From an uncultured bacterium (GTDB lineage: Bacteria > Patescibacteriota > Minisyncoccia > UBA6257 > 2-01-FULL-56-20), in NCBI GenBank assembly GCA_963696395.1, contig CAVOJZ010000002.1, positions 784,619-848,618 on the forward strand: a DNA stretch of 64,000 nt, read 5' to 3'. Each line of letters opens with the position of its first letter. Position 1 is the stretch's first letter. A model generated the notes under the pieces. That model was not told where the DNA came from. It made no database searches and worked only from the letters and a program-made list of their open reading frames with translations. The position numbers and the translations under genes were made by a program. Of the stretch, positions 1 to 9,711 are shown piece after piece.

Positions 1-601
1 CGGATTTTCCCGTATCCTGCTTTGCCTGTATATATGCCGCCGATCCCATGGAAATGGCGGCAGCGAAGCCCACGATAACCCCGGAAATGCCGGCAATGAA
101 TGTTGATCCGGTGACGCCGAGAAAGCCCGCGTGGACACCCGTGATTTCCACGATTGCATCGGCCAATCCAAGAGCGATGAAACCGATGTAGGCGATACGA
201 CCCTCTTTTAAGCCGCCGATGAGACCCTTTTCGTGCGAGCGCTCGTCTTCAATGATTTCACGGAGCCTGGCTTTATGGTCTTCAGGCATCGAAGCGAGCA
301 TCGAAGTGTAGGTTGCGATCGATGCATTTTCATGGGTTTCGAGAAATTTTGTCGTAAAAGTGACGCCGAAGAAAGTTCGCAAAAGGGGAATGCCAAAGAT
401 GCCGAGCTTCCGGGGCCTAGGATCCGATCCGGGAACGAGCGATTTCCAAAATTCATAATGCGTTTTTTCCTGGGCCGAAAGTTTTTCAAGAAGCGCCCGG
501 TTCTCGGGATTTTTTTCCCGCTTGGCGAGCTTCGCGTAGACGATGTGCTCCGTAAGCTCGTTCTGTGCGCGGGAGAGATAGGTTGCTTGTATCGAGTCCA
601 T
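1..601 (-). CDS. VIT1/CCC1-family Fe/Mn transporter with N-terminal ferritin/rubrerythrin-like domain. C-terminus lies beyond the window start.
   Basis: Reverse-strand frame from ATG at 601 is open to position 1. Translation MDSIQATYLSRAQNELTEHIVYAKLAKREKNPENRALLEKLSAQEKTHYEFWKSL..., followed by Gly-rich TM helices typical of VIT family. Absent from the ORF track because it runs off the edge. Confidence 0.6.
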   Translation of the reverse strand, partial: MDSIQATYLSRAQNELTEHIVYAKLAKREKNPENRALLEKLSAQEKTHYEFWKSLVPGSDPRPRKLGIFGIPLLRTFFGVTFTTKFLETHENASIATYTSMLASMPEDHKARLREIIEDERSHEKGLIGGLKEGRIAYIGFIALGLADAIVEITGVHAGFLGVTGSTFIAGISGVIVGFAAAISMGSAAYIQAKQDTGKS

Positions 602-634
602 GACAGTATTATACACCCTCGGTTTTTTATCTTG

Positions 635-705
635 TCGGGCCGCCGGGAATCGAACCCGGTCTAAACGCACCCCATGCGCTCGTACTACCGGTATACTACG
701 GCCCG
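635..705 (-). tRNA. tRNA-Pro (anticodon GGG)
   Basis: Manual cloverleaf: acceptor CGGGCCG/CGGCCCG with C1:G72 and A73 (bacterial Pro identity), U8, D-stem GTAT, anticodon stem AGCGC/GCGTT with loop ATGGGGT, T-arm CCGGG-TTCGATT-CCCGG. CCA not encoded. Confidence 0.75.
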
Positions 706-738
706 ATTTTTGAACTCAATTATGATACTTCTTTTGCC

Positions 739-1665
739 TTAGCTGAGCAATTTCGCCTCATCCATGATCATTCGAAAAATTTCGTCATCCGGATTTTTTA
801 TCAGCGGTGCCTGACTCGCTGATTCCTTTTCGTGGATGATCTCATCGATAACCGTCGAAACTTTCTTATAATTTTCCGCTACGCGAGGCTGGTCATTGCG
901 CTCTGCATAATTTTGAAAAGCGTGAAGTTGCTCGCTTATCTCAGTAAGAACTATTCCCTGAAGGGGATGCGAGGAGAGTTCGGCGCGAATCTTGGCGAAT
1001 TCTTTGGGGAGGTTTTTCGCCGCAGCTGACTGATCTTTCGTCTTGCGGCTTTCAGCTATGCTTTTTTTCATCCGGATAAAGCGAAGAAGAAGATCGGAGA
1101 TATTTTCTACGGTTGAGTGATCTGCTCCGATAACGACACGTGGCACGTTCCGCAGCTCTCCCCGAAAATTTTCAGATTTAAAATATTTAACCCGCGATAG
1201 CTCGCCTTCCTCAATCGAAGTACGTATGCGCTCAAATTTTTTTTTAAGTCCTTCTCTCCCTTTAGTTACGTCAACCGCAAGCGCAAGGTGAGAGGTTGCG
1301 CCCTCCTCTTCAAATTCAACAATGCTATCAACGCCATTCGCTACGTCATCAAATCGAGACGGCACAATGACGCTCGCATTGGGACCCATGAGATCTGCGT
1401 CTTCTATCTGGCTATCGACAATAGCTTCAAAAAGCTCTCCAAATTTTGTTGAAACGCCACTTTCAAAGCGTGTTTCGAGATTCTTTATATACCGAAGGTC
1501 TGCCTTGATTGCATTTTCATCATAAAGATCTGCGAATTCCTCGAGGCGGATTGCGTTTCGCTTGGTTTCCGGCACCAAAACCTCATATAAAGCCTCCTCC
1601 ATTTCCGGGAGCCGTTCTTGCGAGCGTTGCCGTGCAAGTTGCCCCTCTGGATTGAAGGATTTCAT
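739..1665 (-). CDS. hypothetical protein (308 aa, acidic), no recognizable family
   Basis: Long ORF with consistent coding character; not recognized. Confidence 0.5.
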   Translation of the reverse strand: MKSFNPEGQLARQRSQERLPEMEEALYEVLVPETKRNAIRLEEFADLYDENAIKADLRYIKNLETRFESGVSTKFGELFEAIVDSQIEDADLMGPNASVIVPSRFDDVANGVDSIVEFEEEGATSHLALAVDVTKGREGLKKKFERIRTSIEEGELSRVKYFKSENFRGELRNVPRVVIGADHSTVENISDLLLRFIRMKKSIAESRKTKDQSAAAKNLPKEFAKIRAELSSHPLQGIVLTEISEQLHAFQNYAERNDQPRVAENYKKVSTVIDEIIHEKESASQAPLIKNPDDEIFRMIMDEAKLLS

Positions 1666-1674
1666 TATTAAAGT

Positions 1675-1908
1675 CTATGCCTTTGCTCCGGCAACTGCCG
1701 CAACGGATACCTTCCTAGCCACGCGATGAGCCGTTTTGTGGACGGTTTTCATGCAATTGGTGCAAACAAGCATCCGCTTGCCATCAATGCGGGCGTATTG
1801 GAGATTGGGGTATTTGCGGGACCAGTTCACGGGATTATAGTGGCCACGAAGCAAGCGCCGCGCGCCCTGCATTTGTGAACCTTTTCCGCATTTTGCACAC
1901 TGTCTCAT
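1675..1908 (-). CDS. rpmB: 50S ribosomal protein L28
   Basis: 77 aa; C..CGK...RGHYNP...PNLQ...GKR..VCT.C.KT pattern of bL28. Confidence 0.8.
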   Translation of the reverse strand: MRQCAKCGKGSQMQGARRLLRGHYNPVNWSRKYPNLQYARIDGKRMLVCTNCMKTVHKTAHRVARKVSVAAVAGAKA

Positions 1909-1946
1909 AGTTAGAGAGTATAAGCGACTTCCGCGGATTTTGCAAG

Positions 1947-2474
1947 CTAATCGATTCGCACGCGGAGCTTCCTTGTTTTCTTCTTGTTGGCTTTTGGGAG
2001 GGTTACCGTGAGGATCCCGTTCTTGAAAGTGACTTCGGCGCTTTCCGGATCAACCTCCTGCGGCAAAATGAGCGATCGTGCAAATTTCCCCCAATAGCAT
2101 TCCTGATAGAGATAATCCTCGTCACGAACATTTTTTTCACGAGCACGGGTTCCACGGATGGAAATCGAATCGCTCGTTACCGTGATGTCGAGATCGTCCG
2201 GACGGACGCCGGCGATTGCCGACTCGACGACGATATCGGTCGGAGTCTGGTACACGTCAACCGTGAGCTGGCCTTCCGGTTCGCCGTTCGCCCAGTCCGC
2301 GTCGTCGCGTTTTGTCTTTACGCGTGGCTTCGCCGAAGAGAGGACTCCGCTGTTTGCGCGGGCAAGCTCAACTTCCGCCTCGGGCTGTTCTTCGGCGGCG
2401 CTTTCGTAGTTTTCATCGGCCTCCGCTTTTGCCCCCGACAATTGTTCAAAAAATTTTTCGTCGTTTTGATCCAT
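1947..2474 (-). CDS. Hsp20/alpha-crystallin family small heat shock protein
   Basis: 175 aa; C-terminal ...FKNGILTVTLPKA... alpha-crystallin domain signature. Confidence 0.75.
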   Translation of the reverse strand: MDQNDEKFFEQLSGAKAEADENYESAAEEQPEAEVELARANSGVLSSAKPRVKTKRDDADWANGEPEGQLTVDVYQTPTDIVVESAIAGVRPDDLDITVTSDSISIRGTRAREKNVRDEDYLYQECYWGKFARSLILPQEVDPESAEVTFKNGILTVTLPKANKKKTRKLRVRID

Positions 2475-2479
2475 GGCTT

Positions 2480-3190
2480 TTAGTTTACTGGGATTGGTTG
2501 AACCTTTAATTTTTCAAAATCGTGCAGCACAAAAAATCCTATTATCAATAAGAATACCACAGCGTAGCTTACGTCGCCATAGTTCAATACTAGGTAGTTG
2601 AATGTTGCATGAATGACGGTGGCTGCAATAAGGCCGGGGATCAGATAGCGCGCCACTTTTTTCCTGGCGATGCCGAGCGCCCAGTAATAACCGACAATCG
2701 CCGATGTGAGCGAGTGCAAGAGTGTTGCCCCCACGAACCGAAGCGAAACGGTTTGAAAAATGGTCGTGACGAGTGCGGTTTGGGATGAGCCGACATTGGC
2801 AATCGCCCCGATATTTTCGAGCGTTGCAAAACCAAGTGCCGCAACCACCATATAGATCATGGCATCCACCGGTTCGTCGAACTCCGGATTTTTCGCGATA
2901 ACAAAATGCGCCGCCGCGAATTTCATGATCTCTTCAATGAGTGCGAGCGCCACGAGCGAGAGAAGCGAAAGTTCCTGGATGCCAATCCCCGCGGCAAATC
3001 CGTTAAAAACTTCTTCGATGCCGATAGTGAAAAATCCGAACGCGATGCCGACGATGAAGACAAGCGCGATCAGGCGCTTGGGTTCCGGATGAGGATCTTC
3101 CCCGAGATAAAATACAAGCCACGCGAACCCCGGCAAGAGTCCTATGACCAGTGCGGCGATGACCATTAGCCTTATCTTACCATTTCTCAA
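2480..3190 (-). CDS. PrsW-family intramembrane protease (anti-sigma factor site-1 protease-like)
   Basis: 236 aa polytopic membrane protein with EExxK (IEEIMKF), FxxxH (AAAHF) and HxxxN (IHATFNYL) motifs characteristic of PrsW/YpdC. Confidence 0.65.
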   Translation of the reverse strand: MRNGKIRLMVIAALVIGLLPGFAWLVFYLGEDPHPEPKRLIALVFIVGIAFGFFTIGIEEVFNGFAAGIGIQELSLLSLVALALIEEIMKFAAAHFVIAKNPEFDEPVDAMIYMVVAALGFATLENIGAIANVGSSQTALVTTIFQTVSLRFVGATLLHSLTSAIVGYYWALGIARKKVARYLIPGLIAATVIHATFNYLVLNYGDVSYAVVFLLIIGFFVLHDFEKLKVQPIPVN

Positions 3191-5336
3191 CCATCAACAT
3201 CGTCCCCGGACGGAAGATCTGGTAAATCTCCTCGGTGATGAAAGGCATAAACGGATGAAGCATTCTTAACGAGCCGAGGAGCAGATGCTCAAGCAATGCA
3301 TACGCCTCAGCTTTTTCGGCGTCGCTTCCGTCGCGAAGCTTTTTCTTTTCCTGTTCGACAAGCTTGTCCGCCAGGGTATGCCAGACGTAGTGATAAAGCT
3401 TTTCTCCGGCGAGGTGGAATTCGAAAGCATCAATATGGGCCGTAACGTCGCGCTTGAGCTCATCAAATTCTTTTACTTCCGGCCGGTCGCCGGAAAATGA
3501 GCCACGTGCCACGGTGACGGGCGGTTTATTCATCTGGATGAATCGTGCAATATTCCAGATTTTGGTGGAAAAATTGCGATAGCCGCGGATGCGGTCTTCG
3601 GAAAGTTTGATGTCGTTTCCCGCCGCCGCGCCAATGATAAGAGAGAGTCGGGTCGCGTCCGCGCCATAGGTTTCGGCCATCTTAAGCGGGTCGATGCCGT
3701 TGCCGAGTGATTTGGACATCTTGCGGCCCTTGCTATCGCGCACGAGTCCGTGCAGATAAACCTTGCGAAAGGGGACGTTTCCGGTAAGTGCAACCGACAT
3801 GAGGATCATGCGCGCGATCCAGAAAAATAAAATATCATAGCCGGTTTCGAGAACCGAGTTCGGGAAATAGGTTTTGAGGTCCGGCGTTTCATTCGGCCAG
3901 CCGAGCACTGAAAACGGCCAGAGGCCCGATGAAAACCACGTATCGAGCGTATCCGGATCCTGAACCCAAGTCGGATCAGTAACGTCTTCCACGGAAACTT
4001 TATATGCCTCGTCAGTGGAACCGTTCGGATGAATCACGCCCGGATGCCATACGGGGACGCGATGGCCGAACCAAAGCTGCCGTGAGATGCACCAGTCGTG
4101 GAGGTTATCGATCCAATTGAAATAAATTTTCTCAAAATGTTCCGGGATGATGCGGATTTCGCTTTTTGAGACAACGTCACGCAGATGTTGTTTGAGGGTC
4201 GCCGTGGTGCCGGCAGGCGAGGTGAATGGTTTATCGACGGCAATAAACCACTGCAGTTTTGGCAGAGGCTCGATCACGGCACCGGTTCGTTCCGCGGTGG
4301 AAATATTTTGTTTGATATCCTCTTCTTTTTCGAGGAGGCCGTTCTTGCGAAGGTTTTCCACAACCCATTCCCGCGCCTCAACCACTTTCAGTCCGTGCAA
4401 CGGGCCGGGAACCGTCATCCGCGCATATTCATCGATCACTTGCTTCAAGGGGAGCTTGTGTGCTTGTGCCATCTGCCAATCAACCATACTGTGCGCGGGC
4501 GTGACGCCCAAAGCGCCCGTGCCGAAATCTTTTTCGACGGATTCGTCGGCGATCACGCGAATGGTGAGCGGTGTGCCAAGAAAGTCCACTGAAAATTCCT
4601 TTCCTATATATTGTTTATAGCGTTCATCGGTCGGATGCACGGCAACTGCCGTGTCGCCAACTTTGGTTTCCGGCCGGGTCGTAGAGATGGGGATCGGGAA
4701 GTCCTTAGAATAGCGGAACGTGTAGAGTTTGGCGGAGCGTTCTTCGTAAATCACTTCGTCATCCGAAATAACCGTCTGGCCTTTCGGATCCCAGTTCACT
4801 ACGCGATTGCCACGATAGATGAGGCCAAGGTCGTGCATTTTTTTGAATGCGGTGCGCACCGCGAGTTCGCGCGGAGCGTCGAGCGTATAGGCTTCACGGC
4901 TCCAGTCGAGTGACGCCCCCATGCGCTTTATCTGCTTCACGATATAGTCGTGGCTTGTTTGCGCAAATGCGCGGACACGTTTCAGGAACTCTTCACGTCC
5001 GAGATCGTGGCGGCTTTTTTTCTCTTCCTTCGCAATTTGCTTTTCCACTTTGGATTGCGTGGCGATTGCGGCATGGTCGGTGCCCGGAACCCATAGGGTG
5101 CGATGCCCGCGCATGCGGTTATAGCGGACCATGATATCTTCAATGGCGATCATCGCGGCATGACCCATATGGAGTTCGCCGGTCACGTTCGGTGGCGGAA
5201 GAATGATCGAAAAAACCTCCGCGCCGCCCGCGACGACGCCTTTTTCAATGCATACGTCGGGGTTAAACAAGCCCGATTTTTCCCATACGGCATAAATGCG
5301 CGCCTCAACCTCGTTAATATCGTATCGTGGCTCCAT
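3177..5336 (-). CDS. valS: valyl-tRNA synthetase (short form lacking C-terminal coiled coil)
   Basis: PPPNVTGELHMGHA HIGH motif, KMSKS motif, editing-domain-like middle region; 719 aa. Confidence 0.85.
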   Translation of the reverse strand: MEPRYDINEVEARIYAVWEKSGLFNPDVCIEKGVVAGGAEVFSIILPPPNVTGELHMGHAAMIAIEDIMVRYNRMRGHRTLWVPGTDHAAIATQSKVEKQIAKEEKKSRHDLGREEFLKRVRAFAQTSHDYIVKQIKRMGASLDWSREAYTLDAPRELAVRTAFKKMHDLGLIYRGNRVVNWDPKGQTVISDDEVIYEERSAKLYTFRYSKDFPIPISTTRPETKVGDTAVAVHPTDERYKQYIGKEFSVDFLGTPLTIRVIADESVEKDFGTGALGVTPAHSMVDWQMAQAHKLPLKQVIDEYARMTVPGPLHGLKVVEAREWVVENLRKNGLLEKEEDIKQNISTAERTGAVIEPLPKLQWFIAVDKPFTSPAGTTATLKQHLRDVVSKSEIRIIPEHFEKIYFNWIDNLHDWCISRQLWFGHRVPVWHPGVIHPNGSTDEAYKVSVEDVTDPTWVQDPDTLDTWFSSGLWPFSVLGWPNETPDLKTYFPNSVLETGYDILFFWIARMILMSVALTGNVPFRKVYLHGLVRDSKGRKMSKSLGNGIDPLKMAETYGADATRLSLIIGAAAGNDIKLSEDRIRGYRNFSTKIWNIARFIQMNKPPVTVARGSFSGDRPEVKEFDELKRDVTAHIDAFEFHLAGEKLYHYVWHTLADKLVEQEKKKLRDGSDAEKAEAYALLEHLLLGSLRMLHPFMPFITEEIYQIFRPGTMLMVEKW

Positions 5337-5397
5337 ATCGTGGAGTATAATATAATTATTGAAAGGTCGCGACCTTATTTATTATTCCCCCAAAATT

Positions 5398-5733
5398 ATG
5401 GAAGAACAAAAGAAAGATGGAAAAGGTGTGTGCACATGCGGATGCTGTGGTTCCCATATGGGTATGGGCATGGGCTGCGCCTGTGGCGCACACGGCGGCA
5501 CGCGCATGTTGTTTCGCCTTCTCTTGGCGATTATCATTTTAATCCTTGTGTTCTGGTTCGGCGTTAAGCTCGGCGAACTCCGGGAAAGCATCCGTGGATA
5601 CAACGGATACGGTTCCGGAAGTTATTATCCTGTGCGGATGATGCAGGGATACGGAGGCGTTACGTCGCTTCCGAATCTCGCGACCCCGCAGACGCAGCCG
5701 GCCACCCCGGGCGCCGGTACGTCGTCGAACTAG
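5398..5733 (+). CDS. small membrane protein with N-terminal Cys/Met/His/Gly-rich segment (CTCGCCGSHMGMGMGCACGAHGG), possible metal-binding
   Basis: ORF from ATG 5398; one TM helix (LLLAIIILILVFWFGV); Gly/Tyr-rich tail; terminator follows. Confidence 0.45.
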   Translation: MEEQKKDGKGVCTCGCCGSHMGMGMGCACGAHGGTRMLFRLLLAIIILILVFWFGVKLGELRESIRGYNGYGSGSYYPVRMMQGYGGVTSLPNLATPQTQPATPGAGTSSN

Positions 5734-5754
5734 TTGACTCCTTGAAAACAAAAA

Positions 5755-5781
5755 CCGGAAAGCAAAACGCTTCCGGTTTTT
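5755..5781 (+). terminator. intrinsic terminator
   Basis: CCGGAAAGC-AAAAC-GCTTCCGG hairpin followed by TTTTT. Confidence 0.6.
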
Positions 5782-5788
5782 GAACACC

Positions 5789-6964
5789 ATGATCGAATTC
5801 ACCGTCACAAAGAAATCGAAGCGAAGTGCCGCACGGCTCGGCATTTTAAAGACGCCTCACGGGGAGATCGAAACGCCGAGTCTTGTGCCGGTCGCTACGC
5901 TTGCCGCGATAAAATCACTCCGGAGCGACGAGGTCGCGGCAACAAAAACGCAGATCGTTATTTCGAATACTTATCATCTCCATCTTCTTCCCGGAGAAAA
6001 AATCGTTCGTGCCGCCGGCGGCTTACAAAAATTTATGAATTGGCCAAAGCCGATGATGACCGATTCGGGTGGGTTCCAGGTTTTCAGCCTGGGGTTCGGC
6101 AGGGATCTCGGCGTCGGTAAAATTGCAAAATCATTTCAGGGTAAGCTCGAAAAAGCAGTCGAGAAAAACGACCAGCCGAAGACGGTGAAAATTACGGATG
6201 ACGGCGTCCGGTTTCGCTCGCCGCTCACCGGCGAAGAATTATTTCTGGGACCGAAAGAATCGATCAGAATTCAGGAGGCTCTTGGTGCGGACATCATGTT
6301 TGCTTTTGACGAGTGCACGCCTCCCGCGGTATCGCGCGAATATATGAAAATTTCATTAAAGCGGACGCACGCGTGGGCCAAACAGTGTCTTGCTGCAAAA
6401 AAGACAAAGCAAGCGCTCTATGGGATCGTCCAGGGCTCACAATTTAAAGACTTGAGAAGGGAAAGCGCCCGCTATATTAATAGTCTTGCGTTCGATGGTT
6501 TTGGGATTGGTGGCGACCTGGGCGATGCCGCCGGTGGAGGCGAGCGCGGCAAGGGTGCGGCAGTGGGTACGCGGGATATTTTAGGCTGGACCATACCGTT
6601 GCTCGATGAACGGAAGCCGCGCCATTTGCTCGGCATCGGTTATCTTGAGGATATGGAACCGATTGTGAAACGCGGCGTTGATACGTTTGATTGCACGGTG
6701 CCGACGCATTACGCCCGGCGCGGTATCGCTTTCACGAGCAAGGGCAAGCTCGATCTCGGCAAAGCAATATTCCTGAAAGATAAAAATCCAATCGATCCGG
6801 CGTGCGGTTGCATGGTTTGCTCCGAATACCGCCGCAATTATATAGCGCACCTTGTCCGCGCGAAAGAAATCACGAGCGCGCAACTCATCACGTTCCACAA
6901 TTTGTACTACTTTAATTCATACGTAGAAAAAATCCGCGAAAAAATCAAAAAAGGGACGCTGTAG
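5789..6964 (+). CDS. tgt: queuine tRNA-ribosyltransferase
   Basis: TDSGGFQVFSL, C-terminal Zn site CGCMVC...H. Start taken at ATG 5789 (track shows upstream TTG alternative). Gly-rich insertion DLGDAAGGGERGKGAAVG. Confidence 0.85.
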   Translation: MIEFTVTKKSKRSAARLGILKTPHGEIETPSLVPVATLAAIKSLRSDEVAATKTQIVISNTYHLHLLPGEKIVRAAGGLQKFMNWPKPMMTDSGGFQVFSLGFGRDLGVGKIAKSFQGKLEKAVEKNDQPKTVKITDDGVRFRSPLTGEELFLGPKESIRIQEALGADIMFAFDECTPPAVSREYMKISLKRTHAWAKQCLAAKKTKQALYGIVQGSQFKDLRRESARYINSLAFDGFGIGGDLGDAAGGGERGKGAAVGTRDILGWTIPLLDERKPRHLLGIGYLEDMEPIVKRGVDTFDCTVPTHYARRGIAFTSKGKLDLGKAIFLKDKNPIDPACGCMVCSEYRRNYIAHLVRAKEITSAQLITFHNLYYFNSYVEKIREKIKKGTL

Positions 6965-6986
6965 TTTTTTCCGGCGGCGGCCGGTG

Positions 6987-7016
6987 GAAAAAAAGCCACC
7001 GCGGGGGATGCGGTGG
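6987..7016 (-). terminator. probable intrinsic terminator for the convergent minus-strand gene
   Basis: GCCACCGC-GGGGGAT-GCGGTGGC hairpin with A-run on plus strand (T-run on minus). Confidence 0.45.
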
Positions 7017-7027
7017 CAGGGGAGGGC

Positions 7028-7588
7028 TCATGCCCAGATATTGTTTCCGTATTTCTTGATCAGCCCATTGACGCTTTCGCGCACATGATCGAAATCTTCG
7101 TCCGACAGAAGATTGCCGTTGACGTTCGGACTCTTGAGTGCAGCGTTGAGAAATGTAGTCATCGCGCGAAGTTCTATCCGCTCCCTATCTTTGAGGAGAT
7201 CGCGATCCATCCTTTCTATGCCATCGAGAATGAACTCACAGCAATCTCGCTGGTCGAGCGGTTCAGGAACATACTCTTGCTTCGGTGCGCCGTTTTCCAT
7301 CTTCCAGCAGCTGAATGGATGCGTGATAACATCCCTGCCGACACTCGAGACGTGTCCTTCGATGAGTGAAATGTAGAAGAGTTTCGGTTGGCCGAAATCC
7401 CAATCAACAAATCCTACGGTGTCGTGCACGCATCCAAAGCGGAAAATGTTGTGGCCCACCTTGTAGGGGAATTCCGGTCTCAGGATCTTATGTCGCAAGT
7501 TGCCGTGGAAATATCGGATGTTGCCGTTAAAAACATAAAAGTTGGGACCGCGCAGCGCGCTCTCAGTTGGACTCGACAACATTTCCAT
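7028..7588 (-). CDS. hypothetical protein (186 aa)
   Basis: ORF only; no family recognized. Confidence 0.45.
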   Translation of the reverse strand: MEMLSSPTESALRGPNFYVFNGNIRYFHGNLRHKILRPEFPYKVGHNIFRFGCVHDTVGFVDWDFGQPKLFYISLIEGHVSSVGRDVITHPFSCWKMENGAPKQEYVPEPLDQRDCCEFILDGIERMDRDLLKDRERIELRAMTTFLNAALKSPNVNGNLLSDEDFDHVRESVNGLIKKYGNNIWA

Positions 7589-7675
7589 TGGCCTTCCTCC
7601 GGGTGGAATAGTTCTTGTTCGGTCATAGACCGTACTAGCTTCACCATCGCGCTAATCGATTATTGTGTCAAGATC

Positions 7676-8746
7676 TTATATCTCGAGTCCGCCATTCGCC
7701 TCAAGCTTATATTTCTTCTTGCGCCAATAGGCCATGGTTCCCGCGGCGCCGATCATCGCGGCGTTGTCGAGGTTGTAGGCAAAGTCGGGAACAAAGAATT
7801 GTGCGCCGATGAGGCCTGCGGTCCGCTCGAGTGCGCGGCGAAGGTGCTTGTTCGCCGCAACGCCTCCGCACAAAAGAATCGATTCCGCGCCGCATGCCTC
7901 AGCTGCGCGGCGTGTTTTCCCGACGAGCACATCGATCACGGCTTGTTCAAAGCCGGCTGCAACGTCTGCTGCTCGCACGGTTTTCCGCGCAGCCTTCGCA
8001 TCGCGCAAATAATAGAGGACGGATGTTTTCAATCCGGAGAAACTGAAGTCATAATTTTTCTGGTCGAGCATGGGTCTAGGGAAAGCTATCGTGAAAGGAT
8101 TTCCTTTCGCCGCAAGTTTTTCGATCTCCGGACCGCCGGGGTAGGGAAGATCAAGAAGCCGCGCGACTTTGTCATACGCCTCACCGGCGGCATCGTCGCG
8201 GGTTTCACCGAGGCGCGTCCATGTGGAAAACGAATCCATGAGCAGCAAAATTGAGTGACCGCCGGAAACGATAAGCGCAATGGCGGGAAAGATCTTTTTC
8301 GGGAGAAGTGCTGATGCATAAGCCTTTGAAGATCGCGATGGCAAAAGAAAACTGTAGAGATGTCCTTCGAGATGATTTGCCCCGACGAGCGGTTTTTTGT
8401 GTTCGTGTGCAAGTTTCTTCGCAAATTCGATGCCGGTCCACAATGCCGGTTCAAGGCCGGGGCCAACGGTTACCGTGATAAGATCGATTTTTTTCCATAA
8501 CGCTGTTTCGGCTTTCCCGCCTTCCGCTCCAAATATTTTTTTATAGAGAATCGGAAGATTTTTCAGATGCTCCCGTTTTGCAAGATTTGGAACCACGCCG
8601 CCGAACGGCCGATGGATCGCTATTTGAGAAGCGACGAGGCTCGTAAGCACCCGGAATCTCGGCGCACGCAAGCCGCCGCGCGCTTCGAGCACGGCAATGC
8701 CGGTTTCATCACACGATGTTTCGATGGCGAGGACGGTTAAAGGCAT
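7676..8746 (-). CDS. tsaD: tRNA N6-adenosine threonylcarbamoyltransferase
   Basis: N-terminal LAIETSCDETGIAVL and Kae1/Gcp fold motifs. Confidence 0.85.
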   Translation of the reverse strand: MPLTVLAIETSCDETGIAVLEARGGLRAPRFRVLTSLVASQIAIHRPFGGVVPNLAKREHLKNLPILYKKIFGAEGGKAETALWKKIDLITVTVGPGLEPALWTGIEFAKKLAHEHKKPLVGANHLEGHLYSFLLPSRSSKAYASALLPKKIFPAIALIVSGGHSILLLMDSFSTWTRLGETRDDAAGEAYDKVARLLDLPYPGGPEIEKLAAKGNPFTIAFPRPMLDQKNYDFSFSGLKTSVLYYLRDAKAARKTVRAADVAAGFEQAVIDVLVGKTRRAAEACGAESILLCGGVAANKHLRRALERTAGLIGAQFFVPDFAYNLDNAAMIGAAGTMAYWRKKKYKLEANGGLEI

Positions 8747-8810
8747 ACCGATGATTGTATAGATTACTTGTCTTTCTCGTCAATTTCTTGTTAAATCAAT
8801 AATGCTAACT

Positions 8811-8885
8811 GGCTTCATCGTCTAATGGTTAGGACGGCGCCCTTTCACGGCGCAAATGGGGGTTCGATTCCCCCTGGAGCTACCA
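8811..8885 (+). tRNA. tRNA-Glu (anticodon TTC), CCA encoded
   Basis: Acceptor GGCTTCA/TGGAGCT, anticodon stem GCGCC/GGCGC with loop CTTTCAC, T-arm GGGGG-TTCGATT-CCCCC, 3' ACCA. Confidence 0.75.
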
Positions 8886-9291
8886 AACCATCTTTTTCTC
8901 CGTTCGACTCCTGATTTAACCTGTAAATTGGGGCTAAATCAGCGGTTTTAAATCCCGGATAGGAATAGGAGAGATTTTTCGGAAAAAGCAGACCTCTCAA
9001 AACCCGAAGGTCTGCAGCTTCAAGTTCTTTCCACTTCAAAGGGAGGCTCTGAATAAACATCAGAGCGAAATCCAGAGCATTCTTCACGTTCTCTTCCGAT
9101 ACGATCGCAAACCTACCCGACGCTTATATTATCTATAATATTCCCGATGATTTGCAGCAATCTCTAGAGTTAAAGCTTGGAATGGTGGATAAGATTCATT
9201 TCCAACTTGACTCTGCCGCGGGCTCGATGCTATACAGCTTCTAGTGTTCGCTGTTATTTTGAAGTGCGCCTGAGAAGCGCTGGAGGATGCC

Positions 9292-9651
9292 GTGAAAGGA
9301 AAATGGTTTGCTGTCCTGGTGGTGGTGACGATCTTTGCCCTGTGCGGTTCCGGCATTTCGCAGGAGGAACAACTCAAACTGCTTTCAGTCGATATCGTCA
9401 TGACGCACATCCTGCTGTACGATTACGAAAATTTTAGTGCGACCGGGTGGGATGTGACATTCGCCAAGCTTAATGAGACGAAAGGCGACTCCGGCAAGAC
9501 TCTCGAGTATCTGGCGACGGTTAATAAAGGAGCGGTGACCTTTCACTACTATGTCCGTGATTTTCTCGGCATGGATTCGGAGAACAAATGTTTCGGCCGC
9601 GAGATCAACGTGAAAGTGCCGCTGTCCGAATTTGCCTCGCACATTAAATGA
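9292..9651 (+). CDS. small secreted protein (signal peptide), unknown function
   Basis: MKGKWFAVLVVVTIFALCGSG signal-like N-terminus; TTGACT-18-TATACA promoter-like upstream (~9213-9242); terminator downstream. Confidence 0.5.
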   Translation: MKGKWFAVLVVVTIFALCGSGISQEEQLKLLSVDIVMTHILLYDYENFSATGWDVTFAKLNETKGDSGKTLEYLATVNKGAVTFHYYVRDFLGMDSENKCFGREINVKVPLSEFASHIK

Positions 9652-9665
9652 CAACGGAGAAATAT

Positions 9666-9697
9666 CAAAAAGCCCCGACTGCTCGGGGCTTTTTTCT
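9666..9697. terminator. bidirectional intrinsic terminator between convergent genes
   Basis: AAAAAGCCCCGA-CTGC-TCGGGGCTTTTTT. Confidence 0.7.
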
Positions 9698-9711
9698 GCA
9701 TAGCGGGGTCT

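Noticed and set aside
6965-6990. Palindrome CCGGCGGCGGCCGG after tgt as a plus-strand terminator
   Set aside because: It is followed by an A-run rather than a T-run on the plus strand. Only the adjacent hairpin works as a terminator, and it does so for the minus-strand gene.
8845-9087. 80-aa minus-strand ORF overlapping tRNA-Glu
   Set aside because: Its C-terminus is translated across the tRNA gene; likely spurious.
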